From NCBI GenBank assembly GCA_030390025.1, contig CM059432.1:81284001-81348000 (forward strand): a DNA stretch of 64,000 nucleotides, in the 5' to 3' direction. The stretch is from Squalus acanthias (lineage: Eukaryota). Each line of letters starts with the position of its first letter. Position 1 is the stretch's first letter. This document shows, piece by piece, positions 24,051 through 36,705 of the stretch. A program made the translations under genes and the position numbers. The notes under the pieces are model-generated. The model saw nothing but the letters and a program-made list of their open reading frames with translations. It did no database searches and was not told where the DNA came from.

Positions 24051-24465
24051 ATTGAGAGGTCGCACAACACCAGGTTATAGTCCAACAGTTTTATTTGAAA
24101 TCACAAGCTTTCGGAGCTATCGATCGCCCCTTCCTCAGGTGAAGTAGTAAAGAAATACAGACTCGACAAAGCATATATAGATAGAGAACAATGCATGTGT
24201 ACCTTGCAATTGCAGACAACTAAATTAAATCATCCTGACTATCTGCCGAGGTGTGATAAAGTTAATCAGGTCAGCCAGGAAGGTACCACATCAAAGACAT
24301 AGCAAGATACAACTGAGACAATGAGGTTGAGTCACAGGGGGTCTAATGTGTCAAAAGCTGCCGTCTGTATGTAAAACGATAAGCTGTAAAAAAAAATTAC
24401 TTTTTTACTGGGAAAATTTTTACTTTTTTACTGGGAATCACATCTGTGAACAAGCCAACGACGAC
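24051..24465 (-). mobile_element. Penelope-like terminal-repeat fragment (family P2)
   Basis: Inserted in CR1 with direct repeat TTATAAA (24044-24050/24466-24472); homologous to 9174-9449. Confidence 0.8.
24101..24142 (-). ncRNA. Minimal type I hammerhead ribozyme
   Basis: Minus strand reads UCAC-CUGAGGA-A-GGGGC(loop)GCUCC-GAAA-GC-UU-GUGA; stem II is kept through a G-U pair. Confidence 0.78.
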
Positions 24466-26445
24466 TTATAAAGCCCAGGATCCCATCTGCTTTATTAACT
24501 GCTTTGTTAACCTGTCCTGCCACCTTCAAAGATTTGTCCACAAACACCCTCAAGTCCCTTTCTTCTTGCACCCCCTTTAAAATTGTACCATTTAGTGTGT
24601 ATGGTCTCTCCTCATTCTTCCTACCAAAATGTATCACCTCACACTTCTCTGCGTTGAATTTCATCCACTATGTGTCCGTCCATTCCACCAGCCTGTCTCT
24701 GTCTTCTTGAAGTCTATTATTATCTTCATCACTGTTTACTACACTTCCAAGTTTCGTGTCATCTGCAAATTTCAAAATTGTGCCCCATACCCCCAAGTCC
24801 AAGTCATTAATGTATACCAAATATAGCAGTGGCCCGAGTACTGAACCTTGGAGAACACCAATGTACACCTCCCTCCAGTCCGAAAAACAGCCTTTCACCA
24901 CAACTCTCTGTTTTCTATCCCTTAACCAATTTTGTATCCATGCTACTACTGCCCCTTTTATCCCATTGGCTTCAATTTTGCTAACAAGCCTAATATGTGG
25001 TACTTTATCAAACGTCTTTTGAAAGTCCATATACACAACATCAACTGCACTGCCCTCATCCACCCTCTCTGTTACCTCATCAAAAAACTCAATCTTAAGT
25101 TAGTCAAACATTATTTTCCCTTAAAAAATCCAGGCTGGCTCTCCTTTATTAGTCCATGCTTGTCCAAGTGGCTGTTAATTTTCTCCCGGATTATTGTTTC
25201 TAAAAGCTTCCTCACCATCAGTGTTAAACTAATTGGCCTATAATTGCCAGGTTTATCCTGCTCCCCTTTTTTGAATAAGGGTGCATTTGTAATCCTCGAG
25301 TCCTCTGTAGATACCCCTGTATCTAAGGAGGATTGGAAGATTGTGGCCAGCACGTCCGCAATTTCTACCCTTACTTCCCTCAGCAACCTAGGCTGCATCC
25401 CATGTGATTTATTCCGTTTAAGTACTGCCAGCCTTTCTAGTCCTCTATCTTTTTTTTTCTCATCCAGTATCCCTCCTCATTTACCATAAGTTTGACAAAG
25501 TCCTCTTCCTTGGTAAACACTGATGCAAAGTACTCATTTCGTACATCTGTCATGCCTTCTGCCTCCACCAATAGATCTCCATTTTGGTCCCTCTGACAAC
25601 CCTTTTATTGTTAATATGCCTATAGAAGACCTTTGGATTCCCTTTTATATTAGCCACCAATCTATTCTTGTACTGTCTCTTTGCCCCTCTTATTTCCTTT
25701 TTCACTTCTCCCCTGTACTTTTTATATTCAGCCTGATTCTCAAGCTAACATCTGTCATAGGCCTCCTTTTTCTGCTTCATCCTTCTCTCTAACTCTTTCG
25801 TCATCCAGGGAGCACTGGCTTTGGTTTCCCTCCCTTTCCCCCTTGTGGGAATGTACTTAAACTATACCCAAACCATCTCCTCTTTAAAGGCCGCCCATTG
25901 CTCCATTAAATGTTTGCCAGCCAGTCTTTGACTCAAATCTATCCCTCCTCAATTCGCTGAAATTAACCCTCTCCCAGTTCAACTATTTTTATTCTAGATT
26001 GCTCCTTGTCCTTCTCCATAACTAATCTAAACCTATGATACTATGATCACTCTTCCCGAGATGCTCCCCGCTGTGACAATCTCCACTTGACCCACTTCAT
26101 TCCCCAGGACTAGATCCAGCAATGTTTCCTTCCTCGTTGAGCAGGAAACATACTGATTAAGAAAATTCTCTGGAACACACTCCAGAAATTCCTACCCTTC
26201 TCTGCCCTTAACACAATCATTGTCCCATTCAATATTGGGGTAGTTAAAGTCTCCCATTATCACTACTCGATAGTTCTTGTACCTCTCAGTAATTTCTTTG
26301 TAAATCTGCACCTCAGTCTCCTTCTCACTATTTGGTGGCCTATAAAATACACCAAGTAGCGCAACAACTCCTTTAATGTTTCTTAACTCCAACCAAATAG
26401 ATTCGGTCTTTGATCCCTCGAGGACATTCTCTCTTTCTGGCACAT

Positions 26446-26912
26446 TACAACAACAACAACTTGCATTTATATAGGACTTTTAAAGTAGTAAAACGTCTGA
26501 AGGCGCTTGACGGGAGCGTTATAAAACAAAATTTGAAACCGAGCCATATAAGGAGATATTAGGACAGGAAGCTTGGTCAAAGGTTTTAAGGAGCTCCTTA
26601 AAGGAGGAAAGAGAGGTAGAGAGGCGGAGAGGTTTAGGGAGAGAGTTCCAGAGCTTAGAGCCTAGGCAACAGAGGGCATAACCGCCAATGGCGGAGCTAT
26701 TAACAGAATTGGCAGAGCGCAGAGATCTCAGGGTGGGGGTTGGGGGGGGGTTTGCAGGGCTGGGGGAGATTACAGAGATAGTGAGGGGTGAGGCCATGGA
26801 GGGATTTGAGAACAAGGATGAGAATTTTAAAATCGAGGTGTTGCTTAACTGGGAACCAATGTAGGTCAGCGAGCACAGGGGAGTTGGGTGAACGGGACTT
26901 GGTACAAGTTAG
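26446..26912 (-). mobile_element. L2 LINE 3' fragment
   Basis: (CAA)n tail; SPVLADLHWFPVKQHLDFKILILVLKSLHG; KLWNSLPKPLR. Confidence 0.88.
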
Positions 26913-27649
26913 GACAATTACTGGAACAGGTAACCTGCTAAAACTAGAACAGGGCATAGTCTGATGTTATAATAGTTTTAAATTATTTTATTGAATATTT
27001 AATATGACAAACTAGAGACTACCTTTGGTGTGAAAATTAGGAGCGTACTCCTTTATTGTCTCTAACATTAGTTGTGGGGAAAATGCTTCAAGCAAGACCA
27101 GGAACCTATCGATGTTCATCTAAAGAATTACTAGAATTCTTTGAGGTGGTTGCTAAATTAGTAAATAAACTTAGATAGATCCTTTCCACATGTTTTCTTA
27201 AAATTCTAAGTGAATTTTTTAAAATATGTAACCGAGTCTCATTGAGTGTGTCTCCGGGCCTCACTAGGGAGCGCTGGCCCTCCCTTGCCCCAGGCTTCCA
27301 TCTTCCCAATCGCGTCCAGAGCCCCCCCTCACCACTTATCCAAGGGCCCGGTGGTGTCCTCCTGCCACCGAATTCCCGCTCCGCTACCGGCGGTAGTGGA
27401 TCTGCATCTGGCCAGGTTCAGGCTGGTCAGTGAGTATATTTATAGTAATGAGGCCTGGCTGTTAAGATTGGCCGGACCTCCACATCCGCGGACTCCCTGG
27501 GTTCGCCACCTGATTTGGGGAACGCGCTGCATACCGGCCGCCTCTTTAAAATCGGGGCTAAAGTATTACCTGAGTTCCATGTAAAATAATGAAATCAGCT
27601 TTCAGGAGTAAACTTGAGGAATACCTTCACAGCAATAACCTAATAAATA

Positions 27650-28082
27650 GTAATCAACATGGATTTCGAAGGGGAGGATCATGCTGACAAATCTCCGAAA
27701 CGTCTTTGAAGAAGTGTCAGCCCAAGTGGACTGGTGTATCTAGGCTTTCAAAATGTATTTGATAAAGTTCCACATGAAAGGCTACTAGTTAGTTAAAAGC
27801 TGTAAGGATTCAGAGTAAATCTGGGGAATGGAAAAGAAATTGGCTGAAGGGTAGAAAACAATGGATTCTTGCTAGAGAAGTTATGCTGGGCTGGGGATGT
27901 TCCGAGTGTGATACCCCAGGGCTCAGTGTTGGGACCACTACTGATTTTAATTTTCATTGATAACTTGAATTCAAAAACTCGATGCAAATTAGTTAAATTT
28001 GCACATGATACCAAGGAGAAGAACCACAAGGCTGATCACTAGTATCAGAGGACTGTGTAACGAGGAAGCACTGAAGAAACTT
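27650..28082 (+). mobile_element. Old CR1 RT relic
   Basis: Degraded [19 protein letters not shown] and KFAHDTK motifs. Confidence 0.7.
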
Positions 28083-30283
28083 GGACCTAGAAATTGGGCC
28101 ACGGGTTTTCACCGCGATCCAGTCAAAAAATGGCGGCCGCCACTCTAGCGCCCTTCTCTGGCACGGGACTCGGCAGCTGCCATTTTGGTGAGGGCCTTAG
28201 CGCTGCCGATAGCAGTGCTGCCCCGGAAATGTAAATTAAGAGAGGGTGATGTCAGCCAGCATACAACGCTGACTTAACTTCACCTCAGCAAATTGCAACC
28301 TTAGCACTGAGTTCAGCGCTGGGTCCTAAGCTCGCCATGAAAACCCAGCGTGCGGCAGATTGACTGAGACACTGTCAGCACCTCTTAAAGGGACACACAC
28401 ATCTTTCAGATAAGTTTGCATTTAAGCTTTTGGATTTTTTTTAATTGAAGTAGTGACTTGGTGCAATAGATGTTAAAAGTTTTTTTAAGTGTGCAGGGAG
28501 TGCTGCTGGATGCTTGCAAGGCCTCGGATGGTAAAGGAAAGCCTCTGAGAAGACAGAAAATGCTGGAAATACTCAGCACATCAGGCAGCATCCATGGAGA
28601 GAGAAAAAGAGTTCACGTCTCAGGTCGAGATATTGCCTGATCTGCTGAGTATTTCCAGCATTTTATGCTTTTATTTCAGATTTACAGCATCTGCTCGCAG
28701 AGGGAAGAAGAAGACCCAGAAGAGGAAGACGCAGAAGGAAGGAAGCAACCCAGACAGCCCCTTTCTGGTGGGGATATCCGGGATGGAATCATGCACCTGC
28801 GATACCAGTGACTACAACCCCAAATCCCCTTTCAACATTTGTCCTACACTTTACCTTCCCTCTGTTACTGACCATCACAGCCTCCTCTTGGCCACAATGC
28901 TGAAATAAGAGCCACCACAAAGCAAACTTTCCAACCCAACTTTATACATCTATCCATCCAATATGACATCAAGATATCTAATCATCGCCCTTATGCATTT
29001 CCTTAGTGACTGTCTTGCGTGTGCCTTTGCCTATCCTAGTGATGTCATGCAGTGCTACCCCAGTGGCTGCAGCATGGCTGGTGGAAGGCAGCTGACTTTC
29101 AGTGGGGGACACTGCAAATGGCCTTGCTGGTTGACCTTGAGGAGCTGGTGGCTGTGAGTGTGAAATCGAGAGATGGTGTTTTGTCTTCACTCTCCTCTCC
29201 CTCTTCTTGGTCACCCACTGGATGGTCAGGCTGCATTTCTTGGGTATGTGAAATGAGGAAGGCACAACGGTGGGGTTGTGGAGAGGGGAGGGCGGGAAAG
29301 CAAGAGGTGCATGTGAGAAGGGGGATAACGTATGAGGATACCAGCATCTTGTACCCTTTTTGCCCCGCCGCTGGCCAAGGGCTCAGACATACCCCTGCCA
29401 AGAATGGCCAGCACCATCTCCTCCAAGGGGGTGAGTTGAGGCTGGAAATGGGAGATGTGCCTTGTGATTGGTACAGATTATTGGTAGTTAGGTAGGTGAG
29501 TGATTGGGGGGGTAGGGGGAGTCGTGCATTGAGCAGAGTGTGAAGCTAGTGATGCTGTTGGTAGGAGACGGCTTTTGAAGATGCATTCACTGACCTTGGC
29601 CACTGGTCTGAAGTCATGAAGCTTCTTTGGGCACTGGAGCCATGTGGTGGGGGCGACACTGCTGGCAGTGACGGCCTTGGTGATCTGGTTCCAAATCGTT
29701 CCTTCTGGAGGACTCCTGGCCCCTGTGGGTAGAGGATCTCTCTTGCAGTGTTGAACCCCCTGCACAAAGCTGGAGTGCTGCGTGCGAGACCCTGGGTACC
29801 CCTTCCCTGGCTAGCTAAGCCATTTGTGTTAGTGCTGAAGCATTTTTCCCATTTTTTGAGGTTCAGAAGGGAATTCAGCTTTAAGTGCTGAAGAATCCCA
29901 TTTGGGACTTCTTGTTAATGTTAATTTTTTTTAAAAGGCAGTAAGGGCTGAAAACTGCATTTTTTCACTTCATTTTAATTTTTATTAATTCATTAGTTTT
30001 AATGCATTGCCCTTTTAATTTCCCACAATGCCTAGCAAACTCTATAGCCTCGCTTCCAGAGGCTGTTAGAAGCTGGAACGCTGCTCCTGGATGGGAACTT
30101 CGACTCCCATGCTTGCACTAACGCCGCCAGGAGGACGTTACATGGTAAGTTAGCGCGGGGCTAAAAATCTTTAGCTCCCAGCGCAAATCTTTCTCTGGTA
30201 GCGCTTCGTCCATTTTCAGCGGCCGTTAACCCGAGTTGCTGGTGACACCAGTAACTATCATGGCGGCCACGAATTCCCCCCCC
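28083..30283. mobile_element. Internally deleted Harbinger element (family D, copy 1) with an embedded Penelope-like hairpin
   Basis: Left TIR GGACCTAGAAATTGGG; minus-strand Myb/SANT remnant (WNQITKAV...TWLQCPKKLHD); plus-strand acidic stretch resembling a transposase C-terminus near 28700-28811; hairpin at about 28551-28692; reverse complement of 39770-41054 + 44658-45265. Right end approximate. Confidence 0.8.
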
Positions 30284-30499
30284 CCACCGCCCCAATCTCT
30301 CATTTCAGCATCTATTTGTTTCTTAAAAGATTCCAAGGTTTTTGCCTCCACTTAAATACTCCTCTGACCCACCGCTGAACCTACTAAATAAAATCCAGTA
30401 GGATTGGTTTCAGAAGGCCATTGGATGCAGTATTTAATGAAGTACTCACGTACAAACACCCTGAGATCAAGGGATATCTGAACTTGGTAACTGCTTGTT

Positions 30500-33400
30500 T
30501 CTAAAAAATAAATTGCCATACAGCTCATCATGGATCGCACTTTACTTCATGGTTTTGGATGGAGGAAGGGAAGTAGGAGGAGGAGCAGCAGCAGCAGGCT
30601 GAACAACCAGGAGGAGCAGCAGATAGGCCTGTTAGAAGATAGCAAGTGAGGGGAGCAGCTCCTAGAAGGCCTTAACCAGTCCACAGGGTCTATAGGCTGA
30701 GTGAGTTTCCTGGATATCGCTGAGGAGCGGTGCATGAGGAGGCTGCACTTCTCCAGTTATGCTGTCATTCATCTCTACAGCCTCCTTCAACAAGACTTAC
30801 TGCCTGCTGGGCCAGGTGGCCATGCTTTTCCAGTGGCTGTGAAAATTACCACTGATCTTTTTTTGCCTTGGACTAATTCCAGAGTGCTTCACAGGACATC
30901 TCCCAGTCTGCAGTGCACAGCTGCATCAGGCTAGTCACCAATGCCCTATTTGGCAATGCTAACCAATAGATCACCTTCCTTATGGATGCCAACAGACAAA
31001 AATTAGAGATGTAGGATTTGCAGCAATGGCTGTCTTTCCTCGTGTGCAGGGAGTTGTAGGCTGCACTTATCTAGCCATCAAGGCACCAGAAGACCAGTCA
31101 GCAGCTTTTATCAATAGGAAGGGCTTCACTTCACTAATGTCTAGCTGGTCTGTGAACACTGCAAAAGGATCGTGTAAATCTGTGCCAGTTTCACAGGAAA
31201 CTGTCACAACATTTTACCCTGCGACAGTCAACTATCACCTCACTATTCCACCCTCCAGGAACGTTCAAGGATGCCTGCTTGGGGACAAGGGCTAGCCCCT
31301 CCACACATTGCTAATGACACCCCTTTGCAATCCCACCACACCTGAACAGCTTAGGTACAACCAAAGACAGAGGACCACCAGGATCAATGCCTTGCAGCCA
31401 GAGATGCCAGGGATGAGGTGATAGCACAACACTTGCAGCGACCAGCTCATTCCCCTCCCATGAAAGGTTACACTCAGCCCTTCTCCATTAACAGTCCTTC
31501 CTACCCCTTCAATATTCTCTTAAAGCTGCATTAAAAGACATTGAACCATTTAATCAACTTTTATATGAGTGACATACTGACAATGTGGACTCAGAAGCTG
31601 CTAAGAAAAGACACTGCAGAAAAGTGATAAATGTGATAAAGGTGATTCATTTTAATGTTGAACACAATAATTGCCTTGAAATCAAATGTCAACGTGATTT
31701 TCTGAAAAGGTTTACTAACTCAACTACTCCACGAGATGCCCCCCCAGTGGCTTTAGCGAAACTGGTGGAAGGCTGCTGTCCTCATGTTGGGACTCTGGAG
31801 ATGCTCGTGGCCAATGAGCTCTGGGAGCTCGAACCTGAGAGGGCCTGGCTGCAGACTGCAACATTTCGGCTGTTGCCATGGCAGTCTGGTCAAGCTGGCT
31901 TTTTGGCACCATGGCGGATATTGATTGAGGGGGTGGCAAGGGAACAGATATGCTGAAATCCTGAGATGTCACACCCGTTGAACCATTGCCACTCCCATGG
32001 GTCTGTGGTTCATCACTCCCACTGATCTGCAGGAGATCAGACTATAGGAGATGAGTGATACCTTGAAAGCCATGATTTTTCAGCCCACTGGTCTCTCCAA
32101 GGTGGAGCCCAGTGTCTGGATGGCAGCTGTTTGAGCTTCGATCAAACTCCTGTTGTGAGGGCCAGGCTGCAGTGTCCCTGGAGGTGACCAAACATTCCAA
32201 GGTACACTGCAGAGTGGTAGTGCCTTGCGAGATAATTCCATACAAGCTGGAAGCAGACTCTTCCATACTTTCAGCCATGGTGCAGAAACTTCTTGGCAGA
32301 TCATCTAATACCTCGTATAACGTCCTGTGTGAGGCCACCAGTTTTTTTTTTCATAGCTGGGCCCCGGAAGTCAGCATCTCTGTCCTGCTCAGAAGAGCTA
32401 GGAGACAACCTCACCCTCTGGCGAGCTATCTCCTGGCCTGTCTCTGTCACTACTACCTACTCCTGCACACTCGTGTTGGGTGCTTCACCAATTGCAGACC
32501 CCTCTAACTCGCTGTCTAACCCACCTGGGGTGGTCAGATTTGTACTGGTGATTGAGGGAGATGGGGCACATGACCGTGCATCTTCAGGAGGGTCTTTCTG
32601 CTGCTAAGGACCTAGAGGAAAGAGAAAAGGGTGAAGAGCTAGCCTGCAGTTGACAGGCTGCACAGTAGTAGATGGCAGCCTTCACAAAGCAGCTTGAATG
32701 TTTGAAGCTGGCTGAATGTGCGATTCTGTTGACGTATATGAAGGGGTACAAGCAATAGGCAGTGACTGTGCTCAGATAAGCCGCCAGCCTCGCTATTTCC
32801 AAAAGGCATCTTGAAGGGCTGCTGATTCGTGCCAGGTGTTCCTGAGAGAGATGGAGAAATGAAGAGCTGTGCTCACCCCTGCTTCTGATCACTGAAGCGT
32901 TTCCTACATTGAATCCAGGTCCTGGGGGTGATGCTCCTTGAACAGACCATCTCAGCTACTTCCCTCCAACAACAACAAGTTGTATTTATATAGTGCCTTT
33001 AACGTAGTAAAACATCCCAAGGCGCTGCACAGGAGTATTTTAAGATAGAAAATTTGACACCGATCCACGCAAGGATAAATTAGGGCAGGTGACCAAAAGC
33101 TTGGTCAAAGAGGTAGGTTTTAAGGAGCGTCTTAAAGGAGGAAGAGAGGTAGCGAGGCGGAGAGGTTTAGGCAAGGAATTCCAGAGCTTAGGGCCTAGGC
33201 AACAGAAGGCACAGCCCCCAATGGTTGAGCGATTATAATCAGGGATGCTCAAGAAGGCAGAATTAGAGGAGCGCAGATATCTCGGGGGGTTGTGGGGCTG
33301 AAGGAGATTACAGAGATAGGAAAGGGCGAGGCCATGGAGGGATTTGAAAACAAGGATGAGAATTTTGAAATCGAGGCGCTGCTTAACCAGGAGCCAATGT

Positions 33401-34531
33401 AGGTCAGCGAGCACAGGGGTGATGGGTGAACAGGACTTGGTGTGAGTTAGGACACGGGCAGCCGAGTTTTGGATGACCTTAAGTTTATGTAGGGTGGAAT
33501 GTGGGAGGCCAGCCAGGAGTGCATTGGAATAGTCAAGTCTAGAGGTAACAAAGGCACGGATGAGGGTTTCAGCAGCGGATGTGCTGAGGCAAGGGTGGAG
33601 ACGGGCGATGTTACGGAGGTGGAAGTAGGCGGTCTTTGTTATGCTGCGGATATGTGGTCGGAAGCTCATTTCAGGGTCAAATATGACACCAAGGTTGCGA
33701 ACAGTGTGGTTCAGCCTCAGACAGATGTTAGGGAGAGGGATGGAGTCAGTGGCTAGGGAACAGAGTTTGTGGTGAGGACCGAAAACAATGGCTTTGGTCT
33801 TCCCAATATTTAATTGGAGAACATTTTTGCTCATCCAAAACTGTATGTCAGATAAGCAGTCTGACAATTTAGAAACCGTGGAGGGGTCGAGAGAAGAGGT
33901 AGTAAGGTAGAGCTGGGTGTCGTCAGCGTACATGTGGAAACTGACACAGTGTTTTCAGATGATGTCACCAAGGGCCAACATGTAGACGAGAAATAGGAGG
34001 GGGCCAAGAATAGATCCTTGGGGGACACCAGAGGTAACGATGCGGGAACGGGAAGAGAAGCCGTTGCAGGTGATTCTCTGGCTACGATTAGATAGATAAG
34101 AAAGGAACCAGGCAAATGCAGTCCCATCCAGCTGGACGACAGTGGAGAGGTGTTGGAGAAGGATGGAGTGGTCAACCGTGTCCAAGCCTGGTGTATGTAT
34201 GACTTGGGAATCTTCTTCCCACGTGTTGGAAACAGAACTTCCCTCCTTGCTCTTACCTCTTCTACTAAGACCTCCAGGGTGGCATCAGAGAATTTGGGGG
34301 CAGCCTTGCAACTCAAATCTGCCAGAAATTAATGCAACCTCCCTTTAAAAGGTGCATTCATGCTTTAAATAGGCCTCTGGAGGCCTGCCGGATATCCTGC
34401 CTGGAAAGTGGAAGGCCTGTTCCCGACACAATCAGGTGGGCAGCCTTCTGATCAGATGCAAATGAGGCCCAGGAGTTAAAATAGTCCGGGCCTCAAAACA
34501 GATGACATTAGGCAGGTTTGATTTTAGCCCC
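30500..34531. mobile_element. Degraded formerly autonomous PIF/Harbinger (transposase on +, Myb/SANT gene on -), split by L2
   Basis: Plus: SFLDIAEERCMRRLHF...PVAVKIT, FPRVQGVVGCTYLAIKAP...FINRKGF, LLGDKG (30690-31300). Minus: APKFSDATLEVLVEEV...HQAW|REVAE...RTWIQCRKRFSD. TIR-like ATTTTAGCCC at about 34521-34530. Left end uncertain. Confidence 0.85.
32970..34180 (-). mobile_element. L2 LINE, 5'-truncated, with a 297-aa open RT C-terminal frame
   Basis: ORF 33040-33933 (MYADDTQLYL...FVTSRLDYSNALL); GVPQGSILGPLLF upstream; (CAA)n tail; flanked by TCCAA (32965-32969/34181-34185). Confidence 0.93.
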
Positions 34532-34782
34532 AAGCCCTGCCCAAAACCTCCCCAAAGTCCTTCAATGTGTTGTTGCCTCTCAAATCCATGCCCACCTTTC
34601 CCACAACTCCCTGTTTCTGTCCTTGCCACACCATGGAAATCTCCCTCCACTTGTCCCACCATTGGCGGCTATGCCTTCAGCCGCTGAGATCCCAAGCTCT
34701 GGACTTCCCTCCATTTGTTTCTGATTATGCCTCTGAAGCACATTGTGATGTTTTCTATGTTAAAGGCACTATATAAATGTAA

Positions 34783-34928
34783 TGCACTGTGGGAGTACCT
34801 TCACTACACGGACTGCAGCGGTTCAAGAAGGCGACTCACCACCACCTTCTCAAGGACAATTAGGGATGGGCAATAAATGCTGGCCTTGCCAGCGATGCCC
34901 ACATCCCATAAATGAATTAAAAAAAAAG
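34783..34928 (+). mobile_element. 3' end of the second CR1-group LINE family
   Basis: GLQRFKKATHHHLLKDN tail and poly-A, as at 62600-62740. Confidence 0.85.
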
Positions 34929-35469
34929 TTTCATTCACCAACAGTGTAAAAAGCAAGAGACCCAGAATACACAATAGGAACTTTACCACAACCTCCTGTT
35001 TATTGCAAGTTAATTTTCAATCCAGAGTGCCAGTTTATCATTAATTCATGTCCTTTTATCTTTCTTAAAGTGCTCTAGTGCAGAGTTTATTTAATTGCTT
35101 TTGAAAATATAAATAAATTATATCAGCTAGATGGTCTTCATCCATCAATTTAGTTACCTCCCCAAAGAATTCTCGTAGATTCATGAGGCATGACTTATTG
35201 CTTGTAAAACCATGCTGGCTATATCTATTCAGAGAAACATTAATAGTATATCCCTTAAAATTCCACTGAGCATTTTCCAATATTACAACAACAACAATTT
35301 GCATTTATATAGTGCCTTTATGGTAGAAAAATAACATCCCAAGGTGTTTCGCAGACCCATAAGGAAACAACTGACACCGAGTCAAAGAAGGAGATATTAA
35401 GAGAGGTGACCAAAAGCTTGGTCAAAAAGGTGGGCTTAAAGGAGGAGGGTTCAGGGACGGGTTGTATGG

Positions 35470-35802
35470 CTGGAAAAGGTGGGCAGAGGAAACACTTCAA
35501 GGACACCCTCAAAGCCTCCTTGAAAAAGTGCAACATCCCCACCAACACCTGGGAATCCCTGGCCCAAGACCGCACAAAGTGGAGGAGAAGCATCCGGGAA
35601 GGCACCGAATACTTCGAGTCTCTTCACCGGGAGCAAGCGGAAGCCAAGCGCAAGCATCCCACCCACCTGCCCCTTCAACCACCGTCTGCCCCACCTGTGA
35701 CAGAGACTGTAGGTCCCGCATTGGACTCATCAGTCACCTGAGAACTCATTTTTAATTTGGAAGCAAGTTATCCTCAGTTCCGAGGGACTGCCTAAGAAGA
35801 AG
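35470..35802 (+). mobile_element. RTE-clade LINE 3' end, inserted in an L2 fragment (about 35283-35850)
   Basis: GGQRKHFKDTLKASLKKC...WESLAQDRTKWR and C-terminal CPTC...LISHLRTH zinc motif; (AAG)n tail. Confidence 0.85.
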
Positions 35803-36429
35803 ATAGAGATAGGGAGGAGCAAGGCCTTGAAGGGACTTCAACATGAGGATACTAAGGGATATGGTTAGACCATAGCATTCAAAATAATTTGGGGAAAATA
35901 AATGAAAGTTTAAGGAATATCTGGTGGATTACTATGCATAAATAAGAACATAAGAAAGCACAGAAATAGAATTATAAGAAAATAAATGGCTATTCATTGG
36001 TAAAGGTGTAAGAAGAAAAAGACGGTGTGCTTATTTATTATTCACAGATTAAGGCTAATAAAGTACTGGGCTGCATTTGATTAAGGTAAGCAGAATTTAA
36101 TTTTTAACTTTGCATACTTAATTAGGGAAGCCATATTTGGAATATAGGGTGTCATTTTGGCCACCCTTAAAAAAAAATACATTGGAGAGGAATTAGAAGA
36201 CAACTAGGATGATCTTAAAATCATGAAGAGCAACTCACAGAATTGAACTTGCTTTCATTGGAGAAAAGAGAGGTAATGTGATTTAGATCTTTAAATTTAG
36301 TCAATCCTTGTATAATGAGAAAATAATTTATCTTAATTTGAGATTGGAGAACTAGAGTGCATGTAGTACAAACTTGTTAAATACTAGGCAAGACCATCAA
36401 TGGTTTCTGGGTCAATGCGCCTTTGCTGG

Positions 36430-36705
36430 TGGCTCTGAGAATCTGGTAGGTTGATCAAGATTTTCTGCTTGGCAGTCTATCTTGACATCACTGAATCTTT
36501 GTAAGACATCTTCCCAGGTTTTTTATTGCGAGAAAGTAGATCAGCTGCTCAGTGACTTCTTCTTATGCGATTGTATGATCTTTGGGGCTCATATGTGCCT
36601 TAATGCTTTTCAGGACAACTGCCTCCTGTATACCTCCAATTTTTTCAATACAACTTCTTGCACTGTAAATCTGGGCTTCTGGATCTCTTGGGCAAAGGTG
36701 CCATG
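36430..36705 (-). pseudogene. Highly degraded Myb/SANT-like (Harbinger accessory) relic
   Basis: Broken minus-strand frames read KPRFTVQE and EEVTEQL...KTWEDVLQRFSDVK, paralleling the PRF...WxEVA...RTWxQCRKRFxD pattern elsewhere in the window. Confidence 0.45.

Larger units (their letters stand above)
23793..26445 (-). mobile_element. CR1 LINE ORF2 relic (APE to RT C-terminus) interrupted by a Penelope-like insertion
   Basis: ORFs 26192-26443 (GVFYRPPNS...MGDFNYP), 25111-25398, 24668-25063 (KFADDTKL) and 23793-24065. Confidence 0.92.

Noticed and set aside
33831..34316. Myb/SANT-L2 fusion ORF as a new chimeric gene
   Set aside because: The SANT domain is cut mid-fold and the L2 part is read out of frame; it is an insertion junction.
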